Positions 28,362-40,780 of a stretch of 64,000 nucleotides of DNA are shown here, piece by piece. Every line of letters begins with the position of its first letter. Within the stretch, counting starts at the first letter, position 1. The DNA is taken from NCBI GenBank assembly GCA_964057225.1, contig OZ059896.1:7626001-7690000 (forward strand). The letters are read 5' to 3'. The position numbers were made by a program, and so were the translations under genes. The notes under the pieces are model-generated. The model worked only from the letters and a program-made list of their open reading frames with translations, ran no database searches and was not told the DNA's origin. This stretch comes from Auanema rhodensis (lineage: Eukaryota > Animalia > Nematoda).

Positions 28362-28841
28362 TTATCTTCTTTTCGGTAAAGGAGAAGAAACGTTATACAA
28401 TTTCTTTTCACGTGTTCTAAACATATATAGTGTATATACTAAATCCAACAAAAATTCTAGTTACCTTGTGTACCACTCGTTCTTATCCGTATAGAAAATC
28501 TCCTTCAAATCGACGTGTTTAGGAACGTATGTAGATTGTTTCAAATTTTTGATGTCAGGGGACAATACCGACTAAAAATTGATATAAATTAAAATCACTA
28601 AAACTAAAGATACCTTATGGGTTTGTGTTGTTTCGTTAACTTTCAAATCTATAGGCTTTGTATGTTCGTAAGGGAATTTAGAAGCTGGATGCCAAGATGC
28701 AACGGCTCCGTTAGAACAAACCACTACTGTTCTAAAATAGATATTATAATTTAAGATTACATGTACAAAATATAACCTTGGAAATTCAGTTTTGCTCGAA
28801 AACCGACGAACAAGATTGAGAGTAGCCAAACCTCTCGGCAT
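28362..28841 (-). CDS. Mitochondrial ribosomal protein mL42 (MRPL42/MRPS32-like), 4 exons
   Basis: Presequence MPRGLATLNLVRRFSS, then VVVCSNGAVASWHPASKFPYEHTKPI, KHVDLKEIFYTDKNEWYT and terminal PLPKRR*. Confidence 0.8.
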
Positions 28842-29501
28842 AACTTCAATTGTACAGAAACCCAAGAAGAAGGTTCTCCTAAATATATCAGCATATGTTG
28901 ATTAAAACTTTCGCAGTTATAAAAAAGTATTAATTCTAATAATTCTTATTTAAATAGTTATGGTTACAGTGTTATATATATATATACATATACATATTAG
29001 CTTCATCTTGAAATCGAACAATTTTATACAACTACCAGGCGTAGGCACGGTGTTAAAACGAGTGCTAGCACACTGTAAATTAGAAATAATCGTTGGCCAC
29101 GTGTCTTCAGGAAAGGAGTTAAAATAATAAATTTAAATTGGTTTTATATTATAGTTTTAATTATTATGATTTAATAAGGTATAATATGTATTTCTTCAAG
29201 GTTTAAGTAAATTTCAAGTTTGTCCTTTTTTTTTGTTATTTTTACTCATCTATCTGTTTTATAGTTGTTAGTATGACTTGTTCAATTTCTATGTTCAATA
29301 TTTAGATTATTTTTAATCTGGGGAAATCATATATTTTAAAATCTTAAATTATGAAAGGTACAACTGTACAAGTGCCAAATCTTCCTGTAATTAAAGGTTT
29401 AATATTGTTGTTGTGATAGTATTTGTGATGTTTTTTGAAGTTAGCCGTAGTCAAATTTTTAAAGAAATTTAACAAATACATCTTTTATAGGAACGAAAAA
29501 A

Positions 29502-32500
29502 ATGAAGAGAGACAAGAAAGATGAAGAATCTAGTGGCAATCCATTTGCCAACTTGGATAAAACTTCTGTTCTCCAGGAGGCCAGAGCTTTTAATGAAACC
29601 CCAATTAACGCTAGGAAATGCAGTGTAATATTAACCAGATTGCTATATATAATTCAACAAGGTAATTTAATGTTAACATAACCTAAACTAATTCAATACA
29701 TATAGGAGAACAAATTGGAAGAACTGAAGCTACTGAAGCTTTCTTTGCTGTCACCAAATTGTGGCAAAGCAAGGATGCTAACCTTCGTCGTCTTGTCTAT
29801 TTGGCTGTTAAGGATCTCTCTGGTATAGCAGATGATGTTATCATTGTAACCAGTAGTTTGACAAAGGTTTGTTCAAAATATAAGCTGTTGCAATTTTTAT
29901 CTTGCAGGATATGACTGGACGTGAGGACGTGTACAGAGCTGCAGCTATCCGAGCATTGTGTAAGATCACTGATACAGGAATGCTTCAAACTATTGAACGT
30001 TATATGAAACAGGTATTGAGGGTATTGCAGAAAATTTTTTATTTAAAAATGTTTAGGCTATTGTGGATAAAAATGGCGCTGTTGCTTCGGCAGCACTGGT
30101 TTCTTCTAATCACCTGATGGCAAAGAGTGCCGAAGTGGTTCGTCGTTGGGCCAACGAAGTTCAAGAAGCTGTTACATCTGATAACCATATGGTTCAATAT
30201 CATGCTCTCGGATTGCTTTATCATATCCGCAGCAACGATCGTCTTGCCGTTAATAAACTTGTACAAAAGTTTAGCAAGTCGGGGCTTCGTTCTCCTTATG
30301 CTGTATGTTACCTTATCCGCATTGCAGCTAAATTATTAGAAGAGGATGACCAGTAAGTATTTTTCAATTTACTTGATAATTTTATTTACTATATCAGAGC
30401 TGATTCTGCTTTATTCTCGTTCATTGAATCATGTCTTCGCCATAAGAGTGAAATGGTTGTATATGAAGCTGCTAGTGCGATTGTCTCTCTTCCTAATACA
30501 ACTTCGTAAGTTTCTATTAATCGTCGAATTTGTAATTCGTAGTAACAGGGCTGAGCTTGCTCCTGCTATCGCAGTTCTTCAATTGTCGTGCTCCTCTGCA
30601 AAGGCTGCTCTTCGCTTTGCCGCTGTTCGTACATTGAACAAAGTTTCGATTAAGCATCCAGAAGCTGTTATGAGCTGTAATGTCGATTTGGAAAAGCTAA
30701 TAACCGATTCCAACAGGTTGAAATTTAGTGGAATAAAACTTCGTTATCCTATTATTTTAGATCTATTGCTACATTAGCAATCACTACTCTGTTGAAGACT
30801 GGTGCTGAAAGCAGCGTCGAAAGATTGATGAAACAAATCAGTTCTTTTGTTTCTGAAATCAGTGATGAGTTCAAGATTGTAGTAGTTGATGCCATAAGAT
30901 CTCTTTGTGGAAGATACCCACGGAAACATGCTGTTATGATGCCTTTCTTGGCTAACATGCTTAGGTGATTATATTTAAATCATTTCTTATTTCTATTATT
31001 ATTTCTTTAAGATCTGACGGTGGATTTGATTACAAAAAAGCCATTGTCGAAACCATCATAGCAATTGTTGAAGAGAATCCTGATGCTAAGACTGTAGGAT
31101 TAGCTCACCTTTGTGAATTCATTGAAGACTGTGAGCACGATACTCTATCAACTAGAGTTTTGACTCTTCTTGGAAGAGAAGCTCCAAAGACAGCCAATCC
31201 ATCCAGTTACATCCGTTTCATTTACAACAGAGTAATTCTTGAGAGCACAAAGGTAAAATTCTAATTAGTGATATCCTCTTATTTCTAATAATTGCAGGTT
31301 CGTGCTGCAGCAGTTACTGCTCTTGCTAAGTTTGGAGCTCAATGTCCTCAACTCCGGCCATCCATTGAAGTTCTCCTTAGAAGATGTTTGTTGGATAGTG
31401 ACGATGAGGTAAAAATTGATTTTTAAAAACATATCAATATATTATTTTTCCAGGTTCGTGATCGTGCAACATTCTTCTTAAACTTATTGTGCGCTGCAGA
31501 AGCTTCAGTAATCAACAATTTTGTTCTAGATACTCTTCAAGTTTGTTGCTTTCATTTATGATTTTATAAACCTTTTTTAAGGTATCTCCCGCTGGTTTAG
31601 AACGTTGTTTAGCTGATTACGTTCGTTCTGATAACTTTGTCACACCCTTCGATCTTCGTGTTGTACCTGTTGTTAGCCAACCCATAACTCAGACAGAGAA
31701 GAGAGCTCCTGTTTTGGCTGATCCAGTTGAAGTAAAGCCCAAAGGACCAAAGACCGAGCCATATGCTGGTACGATCTGTTCTCTCATTTATAATGTAACA
31801 CTAAACACGCTTTCAGAAAAACTCGCTGCTATTCCACAGTTTGCCCAGTTTGGTCCTCTCTTCCGTTCTTCTAACCCTGTACCACTTACCGATTCTGTCA
31901 CAGAATATACAGTACATGCTATTAAGCATGTATTCGCAAACCACATTGTTATTCAGGTTTTATTACTTTGATATGGCGCAAGTTAAAGAATTGTATTTAG
32001 TTTAATTGTAAAAACACGTTGAATGATCAATTACTGGAAGATGTTTCTGTGGAATTAGAAGATTCAGAAGACAATTGGACTCCAACTTTATCCATTCCTA
32101 TTTCGAAGCTACCATATGGAAGCGAGTCTCAAGCCACTTACCTTGTTCTTCCTTTCCCCGATTCTGGTCTGCCTTTTTTGTTCAATTTATGTTTATATTT
32201 AAATTTCAGGCCAAGTTGTTGGAACTTTATCAGCTACCTTGAAATTCAAGGTTAAGGATGTCGATCCAGCTACTGGTGAGCCTGAATCTGATGATACATA
32301 TGACGATGCATACGTGGTATTCTTTTATTGGCGTTAAAAGTTTTCTATAATATTTTATTTAGTTGGAAGAGTTAGATATTGTTATTGGAGATTCAATCCA
32401 ACCCATTGCTAAACAAAATTTCGCTGCTGCTTGGGAAGCTTTGGAAGAAGTTCAGCAATTCCAAGAAGCATTCCAACTTACTAACGTATCTACTTTACCT

Positions 32501-32994
32501 GATGCTTTTAAGAAGGTATGAATAGTTTGTGATAAGCAGAAACTAATTTTATAATCAAGGTATCTGATCAACTAGGATTAATCGCTTGTGAAAGAAGTGA
32601 TCGTGTTCCTGAAGGAAAAACTAAGCATGTTGCTAATTACTCTGGTATTTTCCGGGGAGGGCTTGAGGTATTTTGTAGAAATCGAGAGAAATATATAAAA
32701 CTTATAATACTTTAGGTGTTAGCTAGAGTTTGCGTTGCTATGGACCCATCTGATGGAAGTATCAATATGAATATTATTGTGCGGTGAGTCATTCATGTTT
32801 TCTTTGAAGTTTGTCATGTGTGTTGTTCATTCGAGTGTTCAATTTCACTTTTGCTCTTATTTGTTCGCTAAAACTGTCATCTCGACTTACGTATTTTTCG
32901 TATTTGGTTAGACTAGTCGTTTGTCCTAATAGAGCATGTTTTCAGATCTGATGAGCCAATTGTAGCCGAACTTGTAGCTTCTGCTATCGCATAA
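29502..32994 (+). CDS. copg-1: Coatomer subunit gamma
   Basis: [77 protein letters not shown] and appendage-domain motifs. Confidence 0.97.
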
Positions 32995-33212
32995 ATAACT
33001 AATCTATTTATTTTATTTATATAGTGATGGATTTTTCTGTGATGGTTACAAGACTTTTCAAGTTATTTTCGAAAACCCCAAGTTTTATATTAATAAATTA
33101 TTGTTATATCTATGAATTTATGCGGAATGTTGTATCGGTTTTACTCGTGTATATTTTCTTCGTCATGTAATCATTTGTACTTTTTCTTATGAATCCGTTG
33201 TTTTAGTAAAGA

Positions 33213-33777
33213 ATGTGGTGGTTCCTACTTGTCATCCTACCTAATTATGTTAACTGTAATACTGAGTGCTTGTGGGCTACTGGTAGAATTGTATGCAAGC
33301 GCGATCCCTCTCTTGTTAAAGATACTGTAGTTGAAATTTGGGATAAAGATGGCCCAGAGAAGGTAACTCTGTGAGTGATAATCGTAATTCATTTGGTGGA
33401 GTTATAGATAGGTGCTATTGATGTGCTGGACCCGGATGATATGGCTGGGCTAGCTGTAGTAGATGGGGATGATGGTATTTTTAAAGTCGAAGGTGGGGTT
33501 TCGTTGTAGTACTTGTGCCCTGTAGTTTGCAAATTCTTTTCTCTTAGGGTGTGCATCGGATATTGACTGGCTCGGTCCATTCCACCGTAATCGTCCCGAA
33601 TTTTATTTAAAAATTCGACATCGCTGCCTTTCCCCCGAGTTTGTTTTTCATGACTCATTATATACATCTTCAAATTGTTTTAGTTGGACTGAAATGACAG
33701 TGAAGCCGCCGTCAAACGTTTATGCTCCCGTCACTATGGATTACTTCATTGATCATCCTATAGTTCTTGACCCATAA
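33213..33777 (+). CDS. Transthyretin-like (TTR-52/DUF290-type) secreted protein, 4 exons
   Basis: Signal peptide, then CLWATGRIVC, VEIWDKD, LDPDD, FKVEGC and PEFYLKIRHRC. Confidence 0.85.
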
Positions 33778-34478
33778 GTCAGGTAACGATCGCTCTTAGT
33801 CTGTCCTTCTTAGTCTTTTCCCAGTTTGCTGTGATGTCTTTGCTGTGATTATTCTGTTAATGCATGATTTTAAAGTTTATCCTGTACGTTTTAAGCCCTT
33901 ATATGTTTTTATATATTTTAAAAGATTTATTATTACATTTCTATATATGTATATGTTAGTCTGTTCAACTAAGTATCAATACTATTTTTCGACATGTGTT
34001 GTCTATAAATTTACTAAGAGAAACTGCATATAAGGGCCTCTTTTCAACGATTGTGTTTGTATAAATAGTCCTTTTCAACTGTCATTAATGCTGTATCGGG
34101 TTCCAGTTCCCGTCATCTGTAGATGATATTGATTACCCTCAGCATAATCTTAATTCATTTAATCAGTAAAGCTTCATTGCGCTATAAAAAGCCTTCCCAG
34201 TAAAAATAACAAAAATAAATTTTAATTGGAGCCTGTTCAGAGTACAGCAGCTTGATTCCTTTGTTGTATTGATTTCCTATTTAGGATATGACATTGAGAT
34301 TCCTTGAACATCTCTTCTGCGCATGCAGGTGATTCATTCATGTTCCAGTTAGTTGACCATGTTTGTTTAGTCTGTAAAGCTGTTTCTGTCTTTAGCTTCA
34401 TGCACTTTATTCGTTGTTACATATCTTTATTACCTTGAAAGCTCCTATTTTCTTAAATTTCCTGGTTTATAGTCAGTT

Positions 34479-35280
34479 ATGTGGCAATCGCTGCTTTTAT
34501 CGTCCGCTTTCTTTGCTGTTGCTTTTGCTGGACATGAGTGTGTTTGGATTATCGGAAAAGTTGAATGCGAGAAGGATTCATCTAAGAATTTAAACGTTGA
34601 GGTCAGTACTTCCTCTCTCGCTTTTTTCCATAGTTTATCATAAAGTAGATGTTGCGGTTAGTGTTTGGTTTATTAGATAAGAGTTCAAAAATAACTTTGA
34701 TTCCTTTTTTTCTTTTAGATACGTGTTTATGATCGAGATGGTGTTGGACCACTGCGTTTAATCGATCCTGATGACCTTATGGGGTAAGTTTTTGGTTTCG
34801 TGTAATTTAATTATTTCAAGTAATTAGTGGATATTACCAAAAATATGATATTTTTTTAAAAAATACGATAAAGTAAAAATGATACACGATACTTCTTTCT
34901 ATTTAAGATTTGTATGACAAATTATTATTCTATTTTCAAACAATTAAGATTGGATGCTACTGTAAAGCATTACAATTAGTATTTTTTAGAGTAACTTTTT
35001 CGAATGATGATGGTAGTTTCCAATTAGATGGATGTGGTGATGATTTTGATTGGATTCCAGGGGTAAAAAATGTTCCAGAACCATATGTTGAGGTTTGAAT
35101 TTGAACAAAATCCATCATATGATTCACAAAGTTTAGATTCGTCATTACTGCAACAATGCTGAAGGAGAAACTATTACTCTACCAGAGTTCAGCAAATTCG
35201 TTCCTGAAACCTACGAAATCGGCACAATTGTTTTAGACAAAAAGTCGTCTTCTTCCAGAGCTTCTCGTAGCAACAATTAA
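34479..35280 (+). CDS. Transthyretin-like secreted protein, tandem paralog, 4 exons
   Basis: Signal peptide, then CVWIIGKVEC, IRVYDRD, IDPDDLMG, DGSFQLDGC, PEPYVEIRHYC and YEIGTIVLD. Confidence 0.9.
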
Positions 35281-36877
35281 AATATTGTATTTCTCATATA
35301 CTTATTGCAATTTTCCTGTAGATACATTTTTTTTGTCTGTCTTATGTTTTTATGCTACTATTTTTATTTCAAATGTTATAATTCCTATGAATGCATAACT
35401 AAAGCTTGCCAGTTTTATCTGATTCTTTTGAAGAGTTCAATGATTATTCTTATGATTATAAATTTGTGAGTGGGTGTTTGTTCAAGTAAAGCATATAATT
35501 TTCAGCTATTTTGGTTTAAAATTGCTGGTTAAATCCATGCTATTAATACATAAGATATACCAATTATATATTTAACCTACGCCAGTATATTCCTTATAAA
35601 GCTTTTCGTCAATGTATACGGAACTAGGATATTCAAGTATTTTTTCTTATCTGAACAATAAAGTATAACTATGCCCTCTCTTATTGTAAAACATATAATA
35701 TGACCTTACTCATCTTGATTTCCAATTATAATAACATTGGTTAAAATGGTAACAGGTTACTCTTTAACAGTCTTTCCTGTTGATGTTTTTACCTTTGCTG
35801 CCTATCAGCTCACATACTGATACGTGTCCTTGTTCATAGTGCGATACTAAGTAGTCGACGTCAGCATAGACATAATGAAGACTACTGTGTGATCGTATCC
35901 AAATACCAATCTTTGAAAGTGTATACTAGTTAGTTTTCTCTTGCTCTCTTATATCTTGCTGATATTTCAGCACTTCTTTATCAAAATGTTAATGCCTTCT
36001 TCCATAAATTTCTGTGTTTAGCACTTTGTTCCGGAAGACTTCCAAAATAGGAATACATTTCTTATATAAAACTTCTAAATAGAGCGAAGATTAAATTTGA
36101 TCTTAATCGATTATCTGTATGAACACAAAAAAATCTAATTGATGAGTAGTGTTCTTCAATTTAATTTTTGTTAAGCCTAGAGCAAAGACATCTTTTCGAT
36201 GAAAAACCGTTTCATGAGAAGGGTTTTTAATTCAAGTATTCCAGGTACGATCCCAATAACTCGTTCCAGTGTCATCGAGATCTTAGATTTCATCGGCTAG
36301 CGGCTAGCAAGAAACACGACGTGTACAGAGATAGAAGAAAGCGTGTCGCGTGTGGAAGTTGCTTCTGTAAGTGGTTTTTCTGGTGTTAGTGGATCTCGTG
36401 GGAGATCAGGGGAAAGAGAAAGGGATAGAGAGTTACGAGAATAAGACACATCTCTTTCTTCCACTTTCGCTTTGTCTGATTCGGTAATTCATACTCACTC
36501 ATTCACTCTTCTTTTCTCTCCATCTCTATTTCTTCATAAGATCTTCTCACCTTCCCCTATCATCGGAAATCCTTTTTCTTTCTCTTGCATGATAGCCCTC
36601 TTGTTACTTCATCATCTTTCCATGAATATTGTCGAATTTGACGTTGTCTTGTCTTCATAATCGGCCAAGTATCTATCGTACGTCTTCCCGTCGTGATTGC
36701 GACGTCCAACCCCCTCGATCTTTAGCAGTCAGCCATAGATGTTCCTGCAGCATCAGCAGCATTGTTATAAGTCATTTCGCTATTCTATTTCGAGTTCACC
36801 TTTATCTTATTCTTGTTCATCCCACCTTCACCATTTGTATTTATATGTTTCCTAAGTCTAAGTACTTGATTTCAGTC

Positions 36878-39800
36878 ATGGAAGTTATAGCCGAGAAGAC
36901 TGCCAGAATCCATGAGGATTCTTTAACTACTGAAGATATTCCTAGAAAGAAGTTCAAGCTTTCTCCAGTAAGTACTTATATATCATTCGTAATGCTTTCA
37001 AAGCAAAACCAATCTTTCCAAGTCTTATCAAACAAAAAATAAGTTAGTTATGTTTATAACGACATCTAAGTCGTTGAAATTCTAAACAAATATTCCTTAT
37101 CAATGCTTTATTATGTTTACATACGACGACTCATAAATTAGAGGCTGTATAACATTTTACATTAAGATTTACCTTTGTTATTGAGCATAAATCCGTTTTT
37201 TTGTGAAATAACATTTTGTGCGATGTAAACACTTTTAAAAAATATTTTTGATTGCCGAAAACTCAAATGATCAGTTTAAAAATCGTATTTGTGTTTAGTG
37301 GCCCTCTTTGAATCATCAGTTTCGACCAAATATCCCGATTTTCGTCTAAATTAGGGATGATCCTTAATCGAGAGAGAATTGGAAGAGGGCGGGATTACCC
37401 AATTCCAGCGTTTAAACAGTATACTTTGTTTGAACATTTCGAACGCAAACTCTCTCTTACCTTACAAATTTATTTCTTGAAATGTCCCAATTATTAAATT
37501 CTTTTGATATGCTTCCCCACGTTCGCAAACAAATAATGACTGTTGTAAGTTTCTAATATATATATTGAATAATTCCTAAGCCACTACATTGAAAAGACTT
37601 TTCCAATTGCTGTTTTCAGAGTTTTCAAAGTGGGGCTACTAATGTGACTTTCCAAGAGCATTCGACTGGTAGAAAAGAAAGATCGGCTATCTTAGGAAAG
37701 TATCCTGGATTCAGAGGATGTACCCTTTGGTTCACTGGCTTATCTGGTGCTGGAAAAACTACTGTAGCATTTGCTTTAGAAAAAGCTTTAACTCAAGTTA
37801 GTTCATCGTTCTATTTGGAATAATAAAAATCGAGATAACTATATATATTTATTCAGCTTTACGAACTATAAACAATTATTAAATATACGAAAAAATTTTG
37901 CTTACTAGATATTTATTTGCTTAATTATAAGATTATAAGATTATAATTATCGTAATCGTCTTTCAGATGGGAATACCTTGTTATGGTCTTGATGGCGATA
38001 ACATTCGTCATGGGCTTTGCAAAAATTTGGGATTCTCTAAGGATGAGCGTAGTGAAAACATTCGTCGGTTTGTAACTCTTTTATTGTGACATGAGGTTTA
38101 TATCTCCTGTTTCTAGAGTAGCTGAAGTTGCAAAACTTTTTGCTGATATGGGTATTGTTTGCCTCGCTTCTTTCATCTCTCCATTCAAATTTGATCGTGA
38201 TCTTGCTAGAGAAATTCATGCTTCCGTAAGTAGCTATTTACTTCAAATTTGGAATTATCTAGTTTGATCACAACATTTTTTCACCGTTTTGGAACTAAAT
38301 TTATACGCTGACTACGTCACAAAGAACTGATATTATCTATTTCCAGGAAAATATTCGGTTTTTCGAAGTCCACATGGCCACCAGCTTAGAAATTTGCGAG
38401 TCTCGTGATCCAAAAAGTGGGTTTTCAATTGCATATTTATATAAAATATCATGCTCTTTATAAGCATAAGTTTATTATATATTTATATATATTATTCAGA
38501 ACTCTACAAAAAAGCCAGAGCTGGAGAAATCAGAGGATTCACTGGTATTGACAGTGCATACGAACCACCAGAGGGAGCTGAATTGGTTTGTAATCCAAAC
38601 AAAGAACTGTTGACTTATCATTAATATTTCTAGGTTCTCGATGCTGGAAAGCAAAGCGTTTCGGAATGCCTCCAGTATGCTCTTCAGTATTTGACCGACG
38701 AAGGCATCCTACCACCAGAGGTATGCTCTCCTCTTCAGAATAAAGGTCTCATATCATTCATTTAGGCTATGAAAGAATTCAATAAGCCCGCTGTTCGCTC
38801 TCTATTAATTGAAGATGCAAGTGAGAAGGCTGCTCTTTTAGAAAAGGCTTCTTCTTTCCCAGAAGTTGCTTTGAGTACTGTAGATCGTCAATGGCTTCAG
38901 GTTGGTGTTACACATTGTAATAAGTATTGTAATTATTTATTATTCAGGTGCTCTCTGAAGGATGGGCTTCTCCACTCCCAGGATTCATGAGAGAACGTCA
39001 ATATCTCCAATCTCTTCATTTCGGACAACTCCTCGATCTCAAGCACAAAACAGTATTCCCAGGAGATGTGGTATGTAATATGAAGTTTTTCTTTAAAAGC
39101 CTAAAATATTCAGGATAATGGAGTCGTTGATTCCTGGCCACTTACTGATCCAGTTAACCAAAGTATCCCAATTGTTTTGCCTATCAGCGATAAAATTCGT
39201 GAGAATCTTCTCCTTCAAGGTAAGCTGCAACCTTTTCAAGTTAGAGTACCAACTGTTTTGTTATTTCAGATGGAACTGTAGCACCTGGTGTTGCTTTAAC
39301 ATACGAGGGAAGAATTGTTGCTATTGTTGAGGATGGCGAAATATTTGAACATCGTAAAGAAGAACGCGTTGCCAGACAGTTCGGTATATTAGATAGACGT
39401 CACCCAACCGTTGATCTTATAATGTCTTCTGGAGACTATTGTCTTGGTGGAGATCTTAAGGTTTTCATTTTCACAAATATCTATCTTCTAATGTCACATT
39501 TCAGGTTCTTGAGCGTGTTCAATGGAATGATGGGTTGGATCAGTTCCGTAAGACTCCAGACGAACTTCGTCAAATTTTCCAAGATAAGGGAGCTGATGCC
39601 GTTTTTGTCTTCCAACTTCGTAATCCAATTCATAATGGACATGCTTTACTGATGAAAGATACTAGAGAAAAACTTTTGAAGAAGCACAAAAACCCCATGC
39701 TTTTGCTTCATCCTCTTGGTATATATACCATATGTTATTGGTTATTAAAATCATATTTGTTAGGTGGATGGACTAAAGATGATGATGTACCACTCCCAGT

Positions 39801-40503
39801 TCGTATCAAGCAACACGAAGCGGTTATGGCTGAAGGTGTTTTAGACCCCTCATGGACTGTACTATCCATTTTCCCATCTCCAATGCTTTATGCTGGACCA
39901 ACTGAAGTCCAATGGCATGCCAGGTTTTCACTATATTATTTTTCATGTTGTATAACACATTGTCTTCAGAGCCCGTATTGCTGCCGGAGTACACACCTAT
40001 ATCGTAGGACGCGATCCCGCTGGAATTCAACATCCCGATCACGGAGGATACTTGTATGAACCTACTCATGGAGCCAAGGTATTGTCCTATTGATCATTGA
40101 CCAATATCGTAAAAGTGAAACAGTTCAATTGATTCTCAGAAAGATCGCCGTATCAAGAATATCCTTTGAACAGGACAAGAAACTAGTTTTTTCTCAATCT
40201 TTGATTTAGGTGCTATCAATGGCCCCCGGCTTATCCAAGCTGGATATCATACCTTTCCGTGTGGCTGCGTACGATAAATCTGTGGGAACAATGGCTTTCT
40301 TAGACGATAAAAGAAAAGAAGATTTCGAGTTCATTTCCGGAACTAAAATGAGAGGATTGGCCAGGTTTGAAGACAACGTAAAGGTTTTAAAATTAATGCT
40401 TATACTTCTTAGAAGTGGCACAAATCCACCAGATGGCTTTATGGCTCCTACTGCTTGGAAAGTTTTAGCAGATTATTACAAATCTCTTAATAATAGTAAA
40501 TAA
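36878..40503 (+). CDS. pps-1: Bifunctional PAPS synthase (APS kinase plus ATP sulfurylase); alternative first exons at 36878 and 37509
   Basis: [67 protein letters not shown] and FISGTKMR. Confidence 0.97.
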
Positions 40504-40780
40504 GGAGACAGTTTGATTATGGAAAGTAAGAAGTTCCTTCAGATTTCTATGTATAGCATTGTATAGTATTGAATAAGGGTCTAACCAACGGTAATATATG
40601 CACAAATTTCAATTTGGTCTTTTTCAATTTCTCATCCTCACCTACATTATATCAATTATTAACTTTACTTTATTAAACAAATATGGAATAATTTTATTCC
40701 AAAAGCAATAATATAACATTAATAGTATTAAGTGTGGTACTTTTTATTTACTTATAATATAATATATACATTTTTATCAA

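Noticed and set aside
28350-28470. Possible MRPL42-LIPT2 fusion protein by readthrough or exon skipping
   Set aside because: The 11-nt gap is out of frame, and splicing the last MRPL42 donor to TATAG gives a quick stop
33389-33673. 94-aa minus-strand Ser/Pro-rich ORF
   Set aside because: Antisense shadow of the first transthyretin-like gene
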